From Prasinococcaceae sp. CCMP 1430 (lineage: Eukaryota; Plantae; Prasinodermophyta), in contig RQSC01000154.1 in assembly GCA_013416795.1 (NCBI GenBank), positions 48,893 through 61,835 on the forward strand: DNA of 12,943 nucleotides. Reading direction: 5' to 3'. Positions 1 to 8,182 of the stretch are shown here, one piece after another. Each line of letters starts with the position of its first letter. Position 1 is the stretch's first letter. The notes under the pieces are model-generated. The model saw only the letters and a list, made by a program, of their open reading frames with translations, was not told the DNA's origin and did no database searches. The position numbers and the translations under genes are program-made.

Positions 1-837
1 GGCCCGGCGCCGGCGCGGCCCCTCGCGGGCGGCGTCAGCCCGCGCGTGCTGCTGGCCGTCGCGCCGCTCGCCGCGCTGCACGCGGCGGGCCTGCTGGCGA
101 CCAACCTGAGCCTGGGCAGCGTGGCGGTCAGCTTCACGCACACCATCAAGGCGCTGGAGCCCTTCTTCACGGTGGTGCTCTCCGCGGGCATCCTGGGCAC
201 CATGCCCGGCAGGTGGCAGCTCGCGTCGCTGGTGCCCATCGTGGCCGGCGTGGTGATCGCCAGCGTGACCGAGCTCTCGTTCACCTGGGCGGGCTTCATC
301 GCGGCGATGGCGTCCAACCTGGCCTTCCAGGGCAGGAACGTGCTCAGCAAGCACATCATGTCGAGGCCCGACCTGGCGCCCCACGAGAGGCTCGGCGGCA
401 TCGACATGTTCTGCCTGATCACCTTCATGGCGCTGCCCGCGCTGGTGGCCGCCTCGCTGGTGCTCGAGGGCGCCGCGCCCGCGGCGGCCGCGCTGGCGAC
501 GCCCTCGGTGGCGCTGCCGCTGGCGCTGGCGGGCCTCGCGCGCTGCGGCGACGTGCTCGTGTCGTACGCCATCCTGGCGCGCGTCATGCCCGTCACCCAC
601 TCGGTGGGCAACTGCGTGAAGAGGGTGTCGGTCATCCTGGTGTCGCTGCTGGTCTTCCACACGCCCGTCACGGTGGCCGGCGCGGCCGGGACCGCGCTGG
701 CGCTCGCGGGCGTGCTGGCGTACAGCCTGGCGGCCCCCGGCGAGGCGTCGTCGCGGCCCAGCAAGGCGCTCGCCGAGTCGGCCGGGGATGGCAGCGCCGC
801 TCGCGCGGCGCGCCGCGCCGCCGCCCGCCCCGACTGA
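1..837 (+). CDS. Plastidic phosphate translocator family protein (TPT/DMT superfamily, PPT-like), 5'-truncated
   Basis: Frame is open from base 1 to TGA at 835-837. Family motifs recognised: SLGSVAVSFTHTIKALEPFF, AMASNLAFQGRNVLSK, VSYAILARVMPVTHSVGNCVKRVSVI; multiple hydrophobic TM segments. Confidence 0.9.
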   Translation, partial: GPAPARPLAGGVSPRVLLAVAPLAALHAAGLLATNLSLGSVAVSFTHTIKALEPFFTVVLSAGILGTMPGRWQLASLVPIVAGVVIASVTELSFTWAGFIAAMASNLAFQGRNVLSKHIMSRPDLAPHERLGGIDMFCLITFMALPALVAASLVLEGAAPAAAALATPSVALPLALAGLARCGDVLVSYAILARVMPVTHSVGNCVKRVSVILVSLLVFHTPVTVAGAAGTALALAGVLAYSLAAPGEASSRPSKALAESAGDGSAARAARRAAARPD

Positions 838-1192
838 GAGGGCCCAGGGGACCGACCGACCGAGAGGGTAGATGTATAGATGTGGATCGAATGATGATGT
901 ATCATAATATTTGCTGACTGGCTGATGATGTCCGTCTTACCTACCTACTTATTGATCGGGGAGGGGGGAGGTTGCGCAAGGGGGCGGGGGGGGGGAAGGG
1001 GCGGCAGAGCACCGAGGCGCGCACTGCATGCAAGCGCGCGTGCGTGCTCGCGTGCATGCCCGCCGACGGCGGCGCGAATCGCCGCGAATGGCCGCGGATG
1101 GCCGCGATGGCGCAGCCCCTCGTCCACGCCGCGGGCTTCCCGACCCCCCAAAAAAACAAACACAACCCCCACCGCCCCTGCTCCCCTCGCCC

Positions 1193-3053
1193 CTACTGGA
1201 CGCTGCACGCGCCCTTCGTGCACCTGACGACGATCGGCGCGGCCAGCATGTGGTCGCAGGTGCCCTCGGCCACCATCGCCTCCACCCGCAGGCGCAGCTC
1301 GTGCGAGGTCGGGCGCGCCGCCGGGTCGTGGCGCCACGCGTCCCGGATGAGCTGGCACAGCGGCTCGGGCCACGACTTGGGGAGCGCGTTGCGGTAGCGG
1401 CGCGACCCCGCGACCCAGGCGAGGTAGTTTTCGCTCTTCGCCTGCGTGTCCAGGTCGTGGCGCGCGGCCACCGAGCACTTGGTGAACAGCTCGTACGCGA
1501 TGATGGCCCATGAGAACACGTCCACCCGGCGGCCGTACTTCTGGTTGAGGATGACCTCCGGCGCCATGTACGGCACGCTGCCCGTGAGCCCCGTCATCTC
1601 GTACGCGGTCTGCACGCGGCGGAGCGAGGACGGCGCCGGCGCGCCGCCGCCGCCGAGGTCCTGCGAGCGCCGCTTGGGGCCGAGGCTCGCGGGGAAGCTC
1701 TTGCTGCTGGCCTTGCTGAAGACCCTCTTCTTCGCGGCGGCCTCCTTGGCGACGCCCGCCGGAACGGGCGGCGGCGGCATCGGGTTCGCCGCCGGCTTGA
1801 TCACCACGGGCTTGGCTATCCCGAGGTCGCACAGCCTTTTTTGTGCGTGTCGTCGCCAGCGCGGTCAGGCGGGTGGATGGGCAGCGAGCGCGGCGTCAGC
1901 GAATCCGGCGAGCAGGCACAGAGGAGGCCTCCCCCTCCTCCCGGCCTGGCCGGGCAAGCCCCCGCGCGCGAGCGCGAGCGCGCCGCGCCGCGCCGCGCCG
2001 CGCCGCGCGCACGCACTTGGCGGACGGCGGCTCCTCCCCGGGGACGCCGGAGGGCTTGCGCTCGAGCAGCACGTTGGCGAGCTTCAGGTCGCGGTGCACG
2101 ATGATGTGGCCGCTGCTGTCGTCGTGCAGGTACTCGAGCGCGCGGGCGATGTCCAGCAGCCATCGCAGCGCCTCCCTGCCACCGTACTGCCAGCCGTCCC
2201 CCTTGCTCTCCGCGCTCACGAGCTCCTTGAGCGAGCCGCCCTCGCACAGCTCCTCGGCGAGGAAGAGGGCCCCCTCGCCGTCGGCGTCGCACCCCTGCAC
2301 CTCCTCGCCGTCGTAATCGCCGTCGTCGCCGCCGTCGTCCGCCCCCGTGCCGAACCTGCCCCACCCCTTGAAGGCGACGATGTTCGGATGGCGCAGCTTC
2401 TGCAGGAGCTTGATCTCCCGCCTGAAGTCGTTGCAGTCCGCGGGCTTGTCGACGCTGGCGGGGCAGAGGCGCTTCACCGCGACGCGCTGCGTGAGCGTCG
2501 CCGCGGCGTCCGAGCCGCTCGCGTTGGAGGCGGAGGAGTGCGAGCGCTCCGACCGGTCGGAGGCGCGCGAGCTGAGCGCCGCCTCGAGCGCCGCCCGGTC
2601 GGCGCTGTTGGGCGGCGCGAGCTCCATCAGGCACACGTCGCCGAACTGGCCGCTGCCGAGCTTGCGCACGAGCGTGAGGCGCGACCAGCGAATCTGGCGC
2701 CGCCGCAGCTCGGCGTCGGAGGAGATGAGCGCGAAGAGCTCCGACATGGTCCCCGGCGCCACGTTCACCTCGCGCACGAACACGCTCGCGGCGGTCGTCC
2801 TCTTGATGAGCGACAGCTCGGGGTTGGAGGTGAAGGAGGAGACCTCGATCATCCGCGTGCGGACCGTCTCGGTGCGCGGCAGCGGCGGCCCGTCGCCGTC
2901 GTTGTCGCGCGCTGGGGCGTTGTTGCTCTGAGCGAGCGGATCCGAGTCCGAGTCGTCTTTGGGCGGAGGGGTGGCGGGAGCGGCGCGTGAGCCGTCGGAC
3001 GAGGAGGACGGCGAGGGGCCGGACGCCACCGCCGACTTCTTCCGCCGCGGCAT
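1193..3053 (-). CDS. TKL/Raf-like Ser/Thr protein kinase, 2 exons (3053-2017, 1835-1193), about 559 aa, C-terminal CaaX
   Basis: ATG at 3053 (MPRRKKS). Motifs: GSGQFG, VAVK, HPNIV, HRDLKLAN, then after splicing KLCDLG, TGSVPYMAPE, DVFSW, DPAARP; TAG at 1195-1193. The splice AA|G restores the frame (1037+643 nt = 560 codons). Confidence 0.92.
1836..2016 (-). other. Spliceosomal intron of kinase (181 nt)
   Basis: GTGCGT donor, CTGAC branch-like motif (1868-1864), acceptor CACAAAAAAG. Removing it joins AK to LCDLG. Confidence 0.9.
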
Positions 3054-3279
3054 GCTGCTGCTGTTGTCGTTGTTGTCGTTTGTTGTTGTTTGTTGTTGTT
3101 GTTGGATTCTTCTTGCTCTCTCACAATTTTTTCGCAGCCTGGTTGTTCGGACCCCGCTGCTGCAGTCGTGCAGCGGCGGAGACTGAGAGCGGGCCGGCCG
3201 CGCGCCCGACCTCGGGCGGACGGACGGCTCGGGGGAGGGCAGCGCGCGACGCCTGGAGGCCGACGGGCGCGAGGAGGCC

Positions 3280-3870
3280 ATGCGTGCCGCGCTGCTGTCC
3301 GCCGCGCGCTCCCCGCTGAGCCCCCCCGCCGAGCGCGCGCTCATCGCGCGCATGCGATCGGACCCCGCCCTTACACGCGGCGCGGCGCCGGAGCCCGCGC
3401 TAGTGGTGGGCGTCGTCGAGGCCAACCCGATGGCGGCGGTCGAACTGCTGGACCTCGTCCTCCCGGACGCGCCGGACGCGCGGCGGCTGCTGGACGGCCT
3501 CGCGAGTGCGCCCCTCTCTTTGCATGCGCTCGAGGTTGTCAACCGGCTGGCCGCGCGCGAGGGCTCGCCGCTCGCGGACGCGTTCGTCCGCGCGTTCGCG
3601 TCGCGCTGCATGAGGGAGTGCGAACCGCCGCGACAAGGGGAGGCGCGGGGCGGGCAGCTGGTGCCGGATTCGGGCCCCGCGATGGCTGGATCCGCGCCCC
3701 AGCCACGCCTGGTGCGCATGGTGTGCGTGCTGCTGCAGGGGCTGGTGACGTCCGGCCCCCATCGCTTCGACCGCGCGCACCTCGCCGAGATGCAGGCCTT
3801 CTCGGCGGCCTTCTCGCGCGTCAGGGAGGCGGCGAGCCTCTACCGCCAGCTTTGTGGGGTGAGGTTGTAG
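3280..3870 (+). CDS. CNOT11: CCR4-NOT subunit 11 C-terminal domain (DUF2363) protein, 196 aa
   Basis: SPLSPP, VEANPMAAVELL, SLHALEVVNRL, RLVRMVCVLLQGLV and EMQAFSAAFSRVREAASLYRQL mirror the CNOT11 C-terminus (VENNPLVAIEML / SLHSMEVVNRL / RLVRLVCVFLQSLI / [22 protein letters not shown], recalled). Start context GCCATG. Confidence 0.88.
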   Translation: MRAALLSAARSPLSPPAERALIARMRSDPALTRGAAPEPALVVGVVEANPMAAVELLDLVLPDAPDARRLLDGLASAPLSLHALEVVNRLAAREGSPLADAFVRAFASRCMRECEPPRQGEARGGQLVPDSGPAMAGSAPQPRLVRMVCVLLQGLVTSGPHRFDRAHLAEMQAFSAAFSRVREAASLYRQLCGVRL

Positions 3871-3873
3871 CAT

Positions 3874-3878
3874 TGTAA
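3874..3878 (+). terminator. TGTAA chlorophyte-type polyadenylation signal (putative)
   Basis: TGTAA lies 4 nt after the CNOT11 stop in an AT-richer patch. UGUAA is the known near-upstream poly(A) element of chlorophyte algae. Confidence 0.45.
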
Positions 3879-4039
3879 GACGACAAACACTGTACTGTAC
3901 GCGGCGCGGCGCGGGCGCCGCGCCGGCCGGGGGCGCGGCCGTCGCCCGCTCCTCTCTGTGGCCGGGATCTTGGCCTCGAGCGAGACGCTCGCTCGATTCT
4001 GGCCTCGAGCGCCGCGACGGCCGGGAGAGCGATCGGCGC

Positions 4040-4583
4040 CTACTCCTCGCCCGAGATCTTCGCCTTGAGCGACTCGATCTCCTCGCCGAGCTCCTCGCGC
4101 GAGTCCTTGTACAGCATGTAGCGGTACACGAACCAGCCGCTGTAGCCGAGGCCGATGAGCTCCATCAGCTTGGGGACGAGCGGCAGCGAGTTGATGGAGC
4201 CCACGATGGACGACGACACCCAGAGGGCGATCACGGCGCCGCCGGCGTAGAGTGCGACGGTCGACTTGTCCTCGGTCTTGTCCCACTTGTCTGCGAGGGT
4301 GGCGGAGATCTCGCTGACGTCGATGTCAAACTTCGGCGTGCTCTCCGCGCGGGCGGCGACGCGGCGCGCTGCGAGTGCGCGGGTGCGGGTCGTCCGTCGC
4401 CGGGTCGGGTTGGGTTGGGTTGCGCGTCGTGTTGTGCGGGAGGTTGAGTCGGTCCGGGTTGGGTTGAGTTGGGCGGGAGGGCGCGCGCGACGGGTGGGAG
4501 GTCGTGTGTGTGTGTGTGTGTGTGGGGGGGGGGGGAGGTGAGAGGTCACGTCGGGAGGGAGGTTGCGTTGGGAGCACGGCCAT
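4040..4583 (-). CDS. CURT1: CURVATURE THYLAKOID 1 (CURT1A-like, CAAD domain); firm exon 4368-4040, putative first exon 4583-4550
   Basis: KWDKTEDKSTVALYAGGAVIALWVSSSIVGSINSLPLVPKLMELIGLGYSGWFVYRYMLYKDSREEL is typical CURT1A; RRVAARA resembles a transit-peptide end; TAG at 4042-4040. First exon MAVLPTQPPSR with a phase-1 GTGACC...CGCAG intron (4549-4369, 181 nt) is inferred and less certain. Confidence 0.88.
4504..4535. repeat. (GT)10 plus G12 composite simple repeat
   Basis: Read directly; reads C-run then (AC)n on the CURT1 sense strand. Confidence 0.9.
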
Positions 4584-4890
4584 CGGGTGCGACCGATCGG
4601 TTGCGCGTCGTCAGCCCCACGCGCGAAATTGAGCGCGCGCGGGGGCGCCAGGGGAGGGCTGGAGGGCAGGGGGGTGGGGGGCAGGGGGGGTTCCATGCTG
4701 GCGGGCGCACGCGCGCGCGCGAGAATTTCGAAGGGAGGGAGGAGGGTCTCCCCCCGCTCGCGTTTCTGCACGCCTGCTCGCCCGCCGGAAGCGCTGGCGC
4801 CCACACACACACACACCGCGCATCGGCATTTGCGCGCGTGCGCGCGCGCACGAACCGGTGGTGCGCGGCGCGCGGCGCGCGACGCCGCAC

Positions 4891-6192
4891 CTCGGCGGCG
4901 GCGCTGGCGGCCGCGGCGCCGTCGCCGCCGTCGCCGCCCCACTGGAAGGAGTACACGTGCACGACGGGCAGCTCGCGGTCGCCCCACAGCCTCCGCGGGA
5001 AGGCCGCCTCGAAGGCGTCCAGGAAGGAGAAGACGTCGTGCGGCAGGTTCATGTGCACGTGCACCCTGCCCGCGGGCGCGCGCGGCATCGCGGCGCTGCG
5101 CGAGGCGGCGTCGCGCAGGAAGTGCCGCGCGTCGCCGCAGCGCGCGCGCAGGCGGGCGCTCGCCTTGTTGAGCCTGGCGTTGGTCTCCAGGAACTCCACG
5201 CAGCGCGGGTTGAGGTCGTTCGCCAGCACGCGCGCGCAGCGCTTGGCGGCGGGCACCGCCAGCGGCCCCACGCCCGAGAAGGCGTCCCACAGCACGTCGT
5301 CGGCGCCGAGCAGGCCGAGCAGGCGCTGGCGCTCCGTGCCCAGCCTGCTGCTCCAGTACACGTCCTGCAGGTCGAGCCGCAGCGTGGTGCCGTGCTCGAC
5401 GAGCGCCGTCTCGGTGCTCGGCTCGCCCGCCAGCACCTCCAGCGGGTACGTCCGGAAGGGCCCGCCCACCTCGCCCGTCTTGCGCACCACGGTGCGGATG
5501 CCCGTGCCGCTGGACGCGTTCTTGTCGAGGATGACGCCCGCGATGAGCCGCGCGTGCGGCGCGTGCTCCTCCCGCAGGTTGAGGTGCGCCACGTGGCCCA
5601 CGGTCTCGAAGGAGCGCACGGGGGGCAAGTGGGGGGGGAGCAGGTGGGCGAGGACCTGGTCGACCGACCAGAACGAGTAGGGGAGGGTGATGGTGTGGCG
5701 TTTGAGGGAGACGACGGGGGTGGGGGTGGGGGTGGAGACGTTGGTGCTGTCGTTGTTGTCGTTGTCGTTGTTGTCGGAGGGGGTGGTGGGGAGGGCGAGC
5801 GCGGCGGGGTTCTCTCGTCGTGTCTTGGCGGCCGCGTTCGTTGCGGCGGCGACGCCGTCGCGCACCGCGGCGGCGACGGAGGCCTCGTCCATCGCGGCGT
5901 AGTCCGCGGAGAGGAGGAGCAGCCGCGATTCGTCGTCGTCGTCGTCGTCGTCGCCGCCGGGGGGCACCACTTGCACGTTCTTGAAGCGCGGCCAGTTCAG
6001 CAGCCGCTCGAGCCCGAGCGTCTGCACCGCGGAGCCCGCGGCGAGCGGCGGCAGCCGCAGCGCCCACACCGAGTAGTCGCACCGCAGCGCGGCCAGCGCC
6101 GCCGCGACGCGGGGGTGGTCGCGGGGCAGGTCGACGAGGTCGGCCGCCGCGCCCGGCGGGGTTGATGAGTCGGCGAGGGAGGGGCCGGACGG
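4891..6192 (-). CDS. TRM5: tRNA (guanine37-N1)-methyltransferase Trm5 (Met-10+ family); 5' end in gap, 3' end unresolved
   Basis: SFETVGHVAHLNL, VILDKN, IRTVVRK, VYWSSRLGTERQRL, DAFSGVGPLAVPAAK, ANDLNP, MNLP, PVVHVYSF. Donor-like GAG|GTGCGG at 4891/4890; the unspliced frame runs to TGA at 4548-4546. Confidence 0.93.
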
Positions 6193-6645
6193 NNNNNNNN
6201 NNNNNNNNNNNNNNNNNNNNNNNNNNNNNNNNNNNNNNNNNNNNNNNNNNNNNNNNNNNNNNNNNNNNNNNNNNNNNNNNNNNNNNNNNNNNNNNNNNNN
6301 NNNNNNNNNNNNNNNNNNNNNNNNNNNNNNNNNNNNNNNNNNNNNNNNNNNNNNNNNNNNNNNNNNNNNNNNNNNNNNNNNNNNNNNNNNNNNNNNNNNN
6401 NNNNNNNNNNNNNNNNNNNNNNNNNNNNNNNNNNNNNNNNNNNNNNNNNNNNNNNNNNNNNNNNNNNNNNNNNNNNNNNNNNNNNNNNNNNNNNNNNNNN
6501 NNNNNNNNNNNNNNNNNNNNNNNNNNNNNNNNNNNNNNNNNNNNNNNNNNNNNNNNNNNNNNNNNNNNNNNNNNNNNNNNNNNNNNNNNNNNNNNNNNNN
6601 NNNNNNNNNNNNNNNNNNNNNNNNNNNNNNNNNNNNNNNNNNNNN
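6193..6645. other. Assembly gap (453 N)
   Basis: Run of N. Confidence 1.
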
Positions 6646-6748
6646 CGCAACACCGCGAGCAGGGGGCGTTGCTCCGCGGGCGCCCCGGCACGCGAGAGCG
6701 CGACACCACGCGCACGGCCGCCGCGCGCGCCGCGGGCGCGCCGCCGCC

Positions 6749-6868
6749 ATGTCGGGCGTGCAGACGCTCGTCGGCATGTTTCCCGACATCGAGCGCTCGG
6801 TGATCGCGAGCCTGTACGAGGCCAACGACGAGAACATGGAGCGCACGATCGAGAACCTGCTGGCGCTG
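6749..6868 (+). CDS. N-terminal CUE (ubiquitin-binding) domain, gene fragment
   Basis: GCCGCCGCCATG start. MSGVQTLVGMFPDIERSVIASLYEANDENMERTIENLLAL has the MFP motif and terminal LL of CUE domains. Similarity ends abruptly at about 6868. Confidence 0.75.
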
Positions 6869-6869
6869 C

Positions 6870-7985
6870 GCGCGCATCGTGGTGCCCGAGGGCGCGCCCG
6901 CCGTCAAGGTGGCGGCCGTGCGCGCCGCGGGCGCCGAGCTGACGTTCTGCGCGCCCACCATGGAGGGGCGCGAGGCCGCGTGCGCGCGCATCGTCCGAGA
7001 GACGGGCTCCACGCTCGTGCCGCCGTACAACTCGGGCGTCGTCGTGGCGGGCCAGGTGGGTGGCGATTTTTTTGGATTGTCTTGCGTGCTTGCTTGCTTG
7101 CGAGCGCGCTCGCCATCAGCTGCCCGCGACGAGATTGGTGCACGCGAGCGAGCGCCTGACCACATGCCCCCCCCCCCCCACACACACACACACCGCCACC
7201 GCACGCACACACACAAACACTGACACCACTGCGCCACTCAGGGCACCATGGCGCTGGAGCTCTTCGAGCAGGTCGCCGAGATGCAGCAGCAGGAGGAGGC
7301 GCACGCGACACCAACCACCATCGGACCCTCCCGACCCCACCATAAGCAGCCATCAGCAGCAAACCCAGCTCCGCTCGACGCAGGCAAAGTGCTCGACGCC
7401 ATCGTGGTGCCGATCTCCGGCGGCGGCATGACCTCGGGCATCGCCATCGCCACCAAGGCCCTCCACCCCTCCACACTCATAGTCGCGGCGGAGCCCGTCG
7501 GCGCCAACGGCGTCGCGGACGTGCACGCGTGCAAGGCCGCCAACGAACTCTTGACAAACCTCGACAAGACGCAGACCATCGCCGACGGCCTGCAGGTGCG
7601 CGCGCGACGGCGCCACGCCCGCTCTGCTGCGCCCCTCGCCCTCGGCAAAAGAGAGAGCCGTCAGGCTGGCTGACCCCCCAAACACAAAAATCGATCGCAG
7701 GCGCGCCTCGGCGACCAGACGTGGCCCGTCGTGCGCGACCTCGTGGACGAGGTGGTCACCGTCACCGAGCAGGAGATCCGCCAGGCGATGCGCGCGGTGT
7801 ACGAGCAGCTCAAGGTCGCCGTGGAGCCGTCGGGCGCGGTGGGGCTGGCGGCCGTGATGGCGCGCGGCTGGGGCTCCTGCCCGCGGCTGGCGGGGTGCAG
7901 GCGCGTGGGGGTCATCCTGTGCGGCGGCAACGTGGACGTGGCGCGCCTGCCCGAGTTCATGGAGGGCACGCGCACCACCTACTAG
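6870..7985 (+). CDS. Serine racemase / PLP type II dehydratase, N-terminal part absent; exons 6870-7055, 7242-7595, 7701-7985
   Basis: ARIVVPEGAPAVK, LVPPYN, AGQ|GTMALELFEQV, LDAIVVPISGGGMTSG, AAEP, TIADGLQ|ARLG, VAVEPSGAVGLAA, GVILCGGNVD; TAG at 7983-7985. The PLP-lysine SxKxRG and SSGN motifs are not present upstream. Confidence 0.88.
7056..7241 (+). other. Intron (186 nt)
   Basis: CAG|GTGGGT donor, CTGAC at 7220-7224, CTCAG acceptor. Splicing gives the conserved AGQGT. Confidence 0.92.
7596..7700 (+). other. Intron (105 nt)
   Basis: CAG|GTGCGC donor, CTGAC at 7670-7674, CGCAG acceptor. Removes an in-frame stop and gives ADGLQ-ARLG. Confidence 0.92.
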
Positions 7986-8106
7986 TCGAGCGACGATCGC
8001 GACTACTGTAGTACTACTGTGTACCAATTAATTATTATTTCATTATCATCGTCGAGCCACTTGGCTCTCCAGTACCCGGCCAGCAAGTCGAGCATGCTCA
8101 GCGCTA

Positions 8107-8148
8107 CACCACCACCACCACCACCACCACCACCACCACCACCACCAC
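8107..8148. repeat. (CAC)14 microsatellite
   Basis: Read directly; lies just downstream of the minus-strand RWDD3-like stop. Confidence 0.95.
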
Positions 8149-8182
8149 AAAACCCCACCGCCACCTCCACCATCTGAAAACG

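Noticed and set aside
1446-2990. 514-aa plus-strand ORF and similar overlapping ORFs
   Set aside because: Antisense shadows of the kinase with no recognisable motifs.
3100-3137. Pyrimidine-rich CAG as an acceptor for upstream CNOT11 exons
   Set aside because: An in-frame TGA follows at 3184-3186, and the stretch is better explained as the CAA-rich leader of the opposite-strand kinase.
4400-4470. GGGTT repeats resembling telomeric sequence
   Set aside because: Short, irregular, not TTTAGGG/TTAGGG, and inside a probable intron.
4040-7237. 1065-aa minus-strand ORF suggesting a giant Trm5-CURT1 fusion
   Set aside because: It spans an N gap, only its last ~115 aa are CURT1, Trm5 is in another frame, and the long open frame reflects stop-poor GC-rich DNA.
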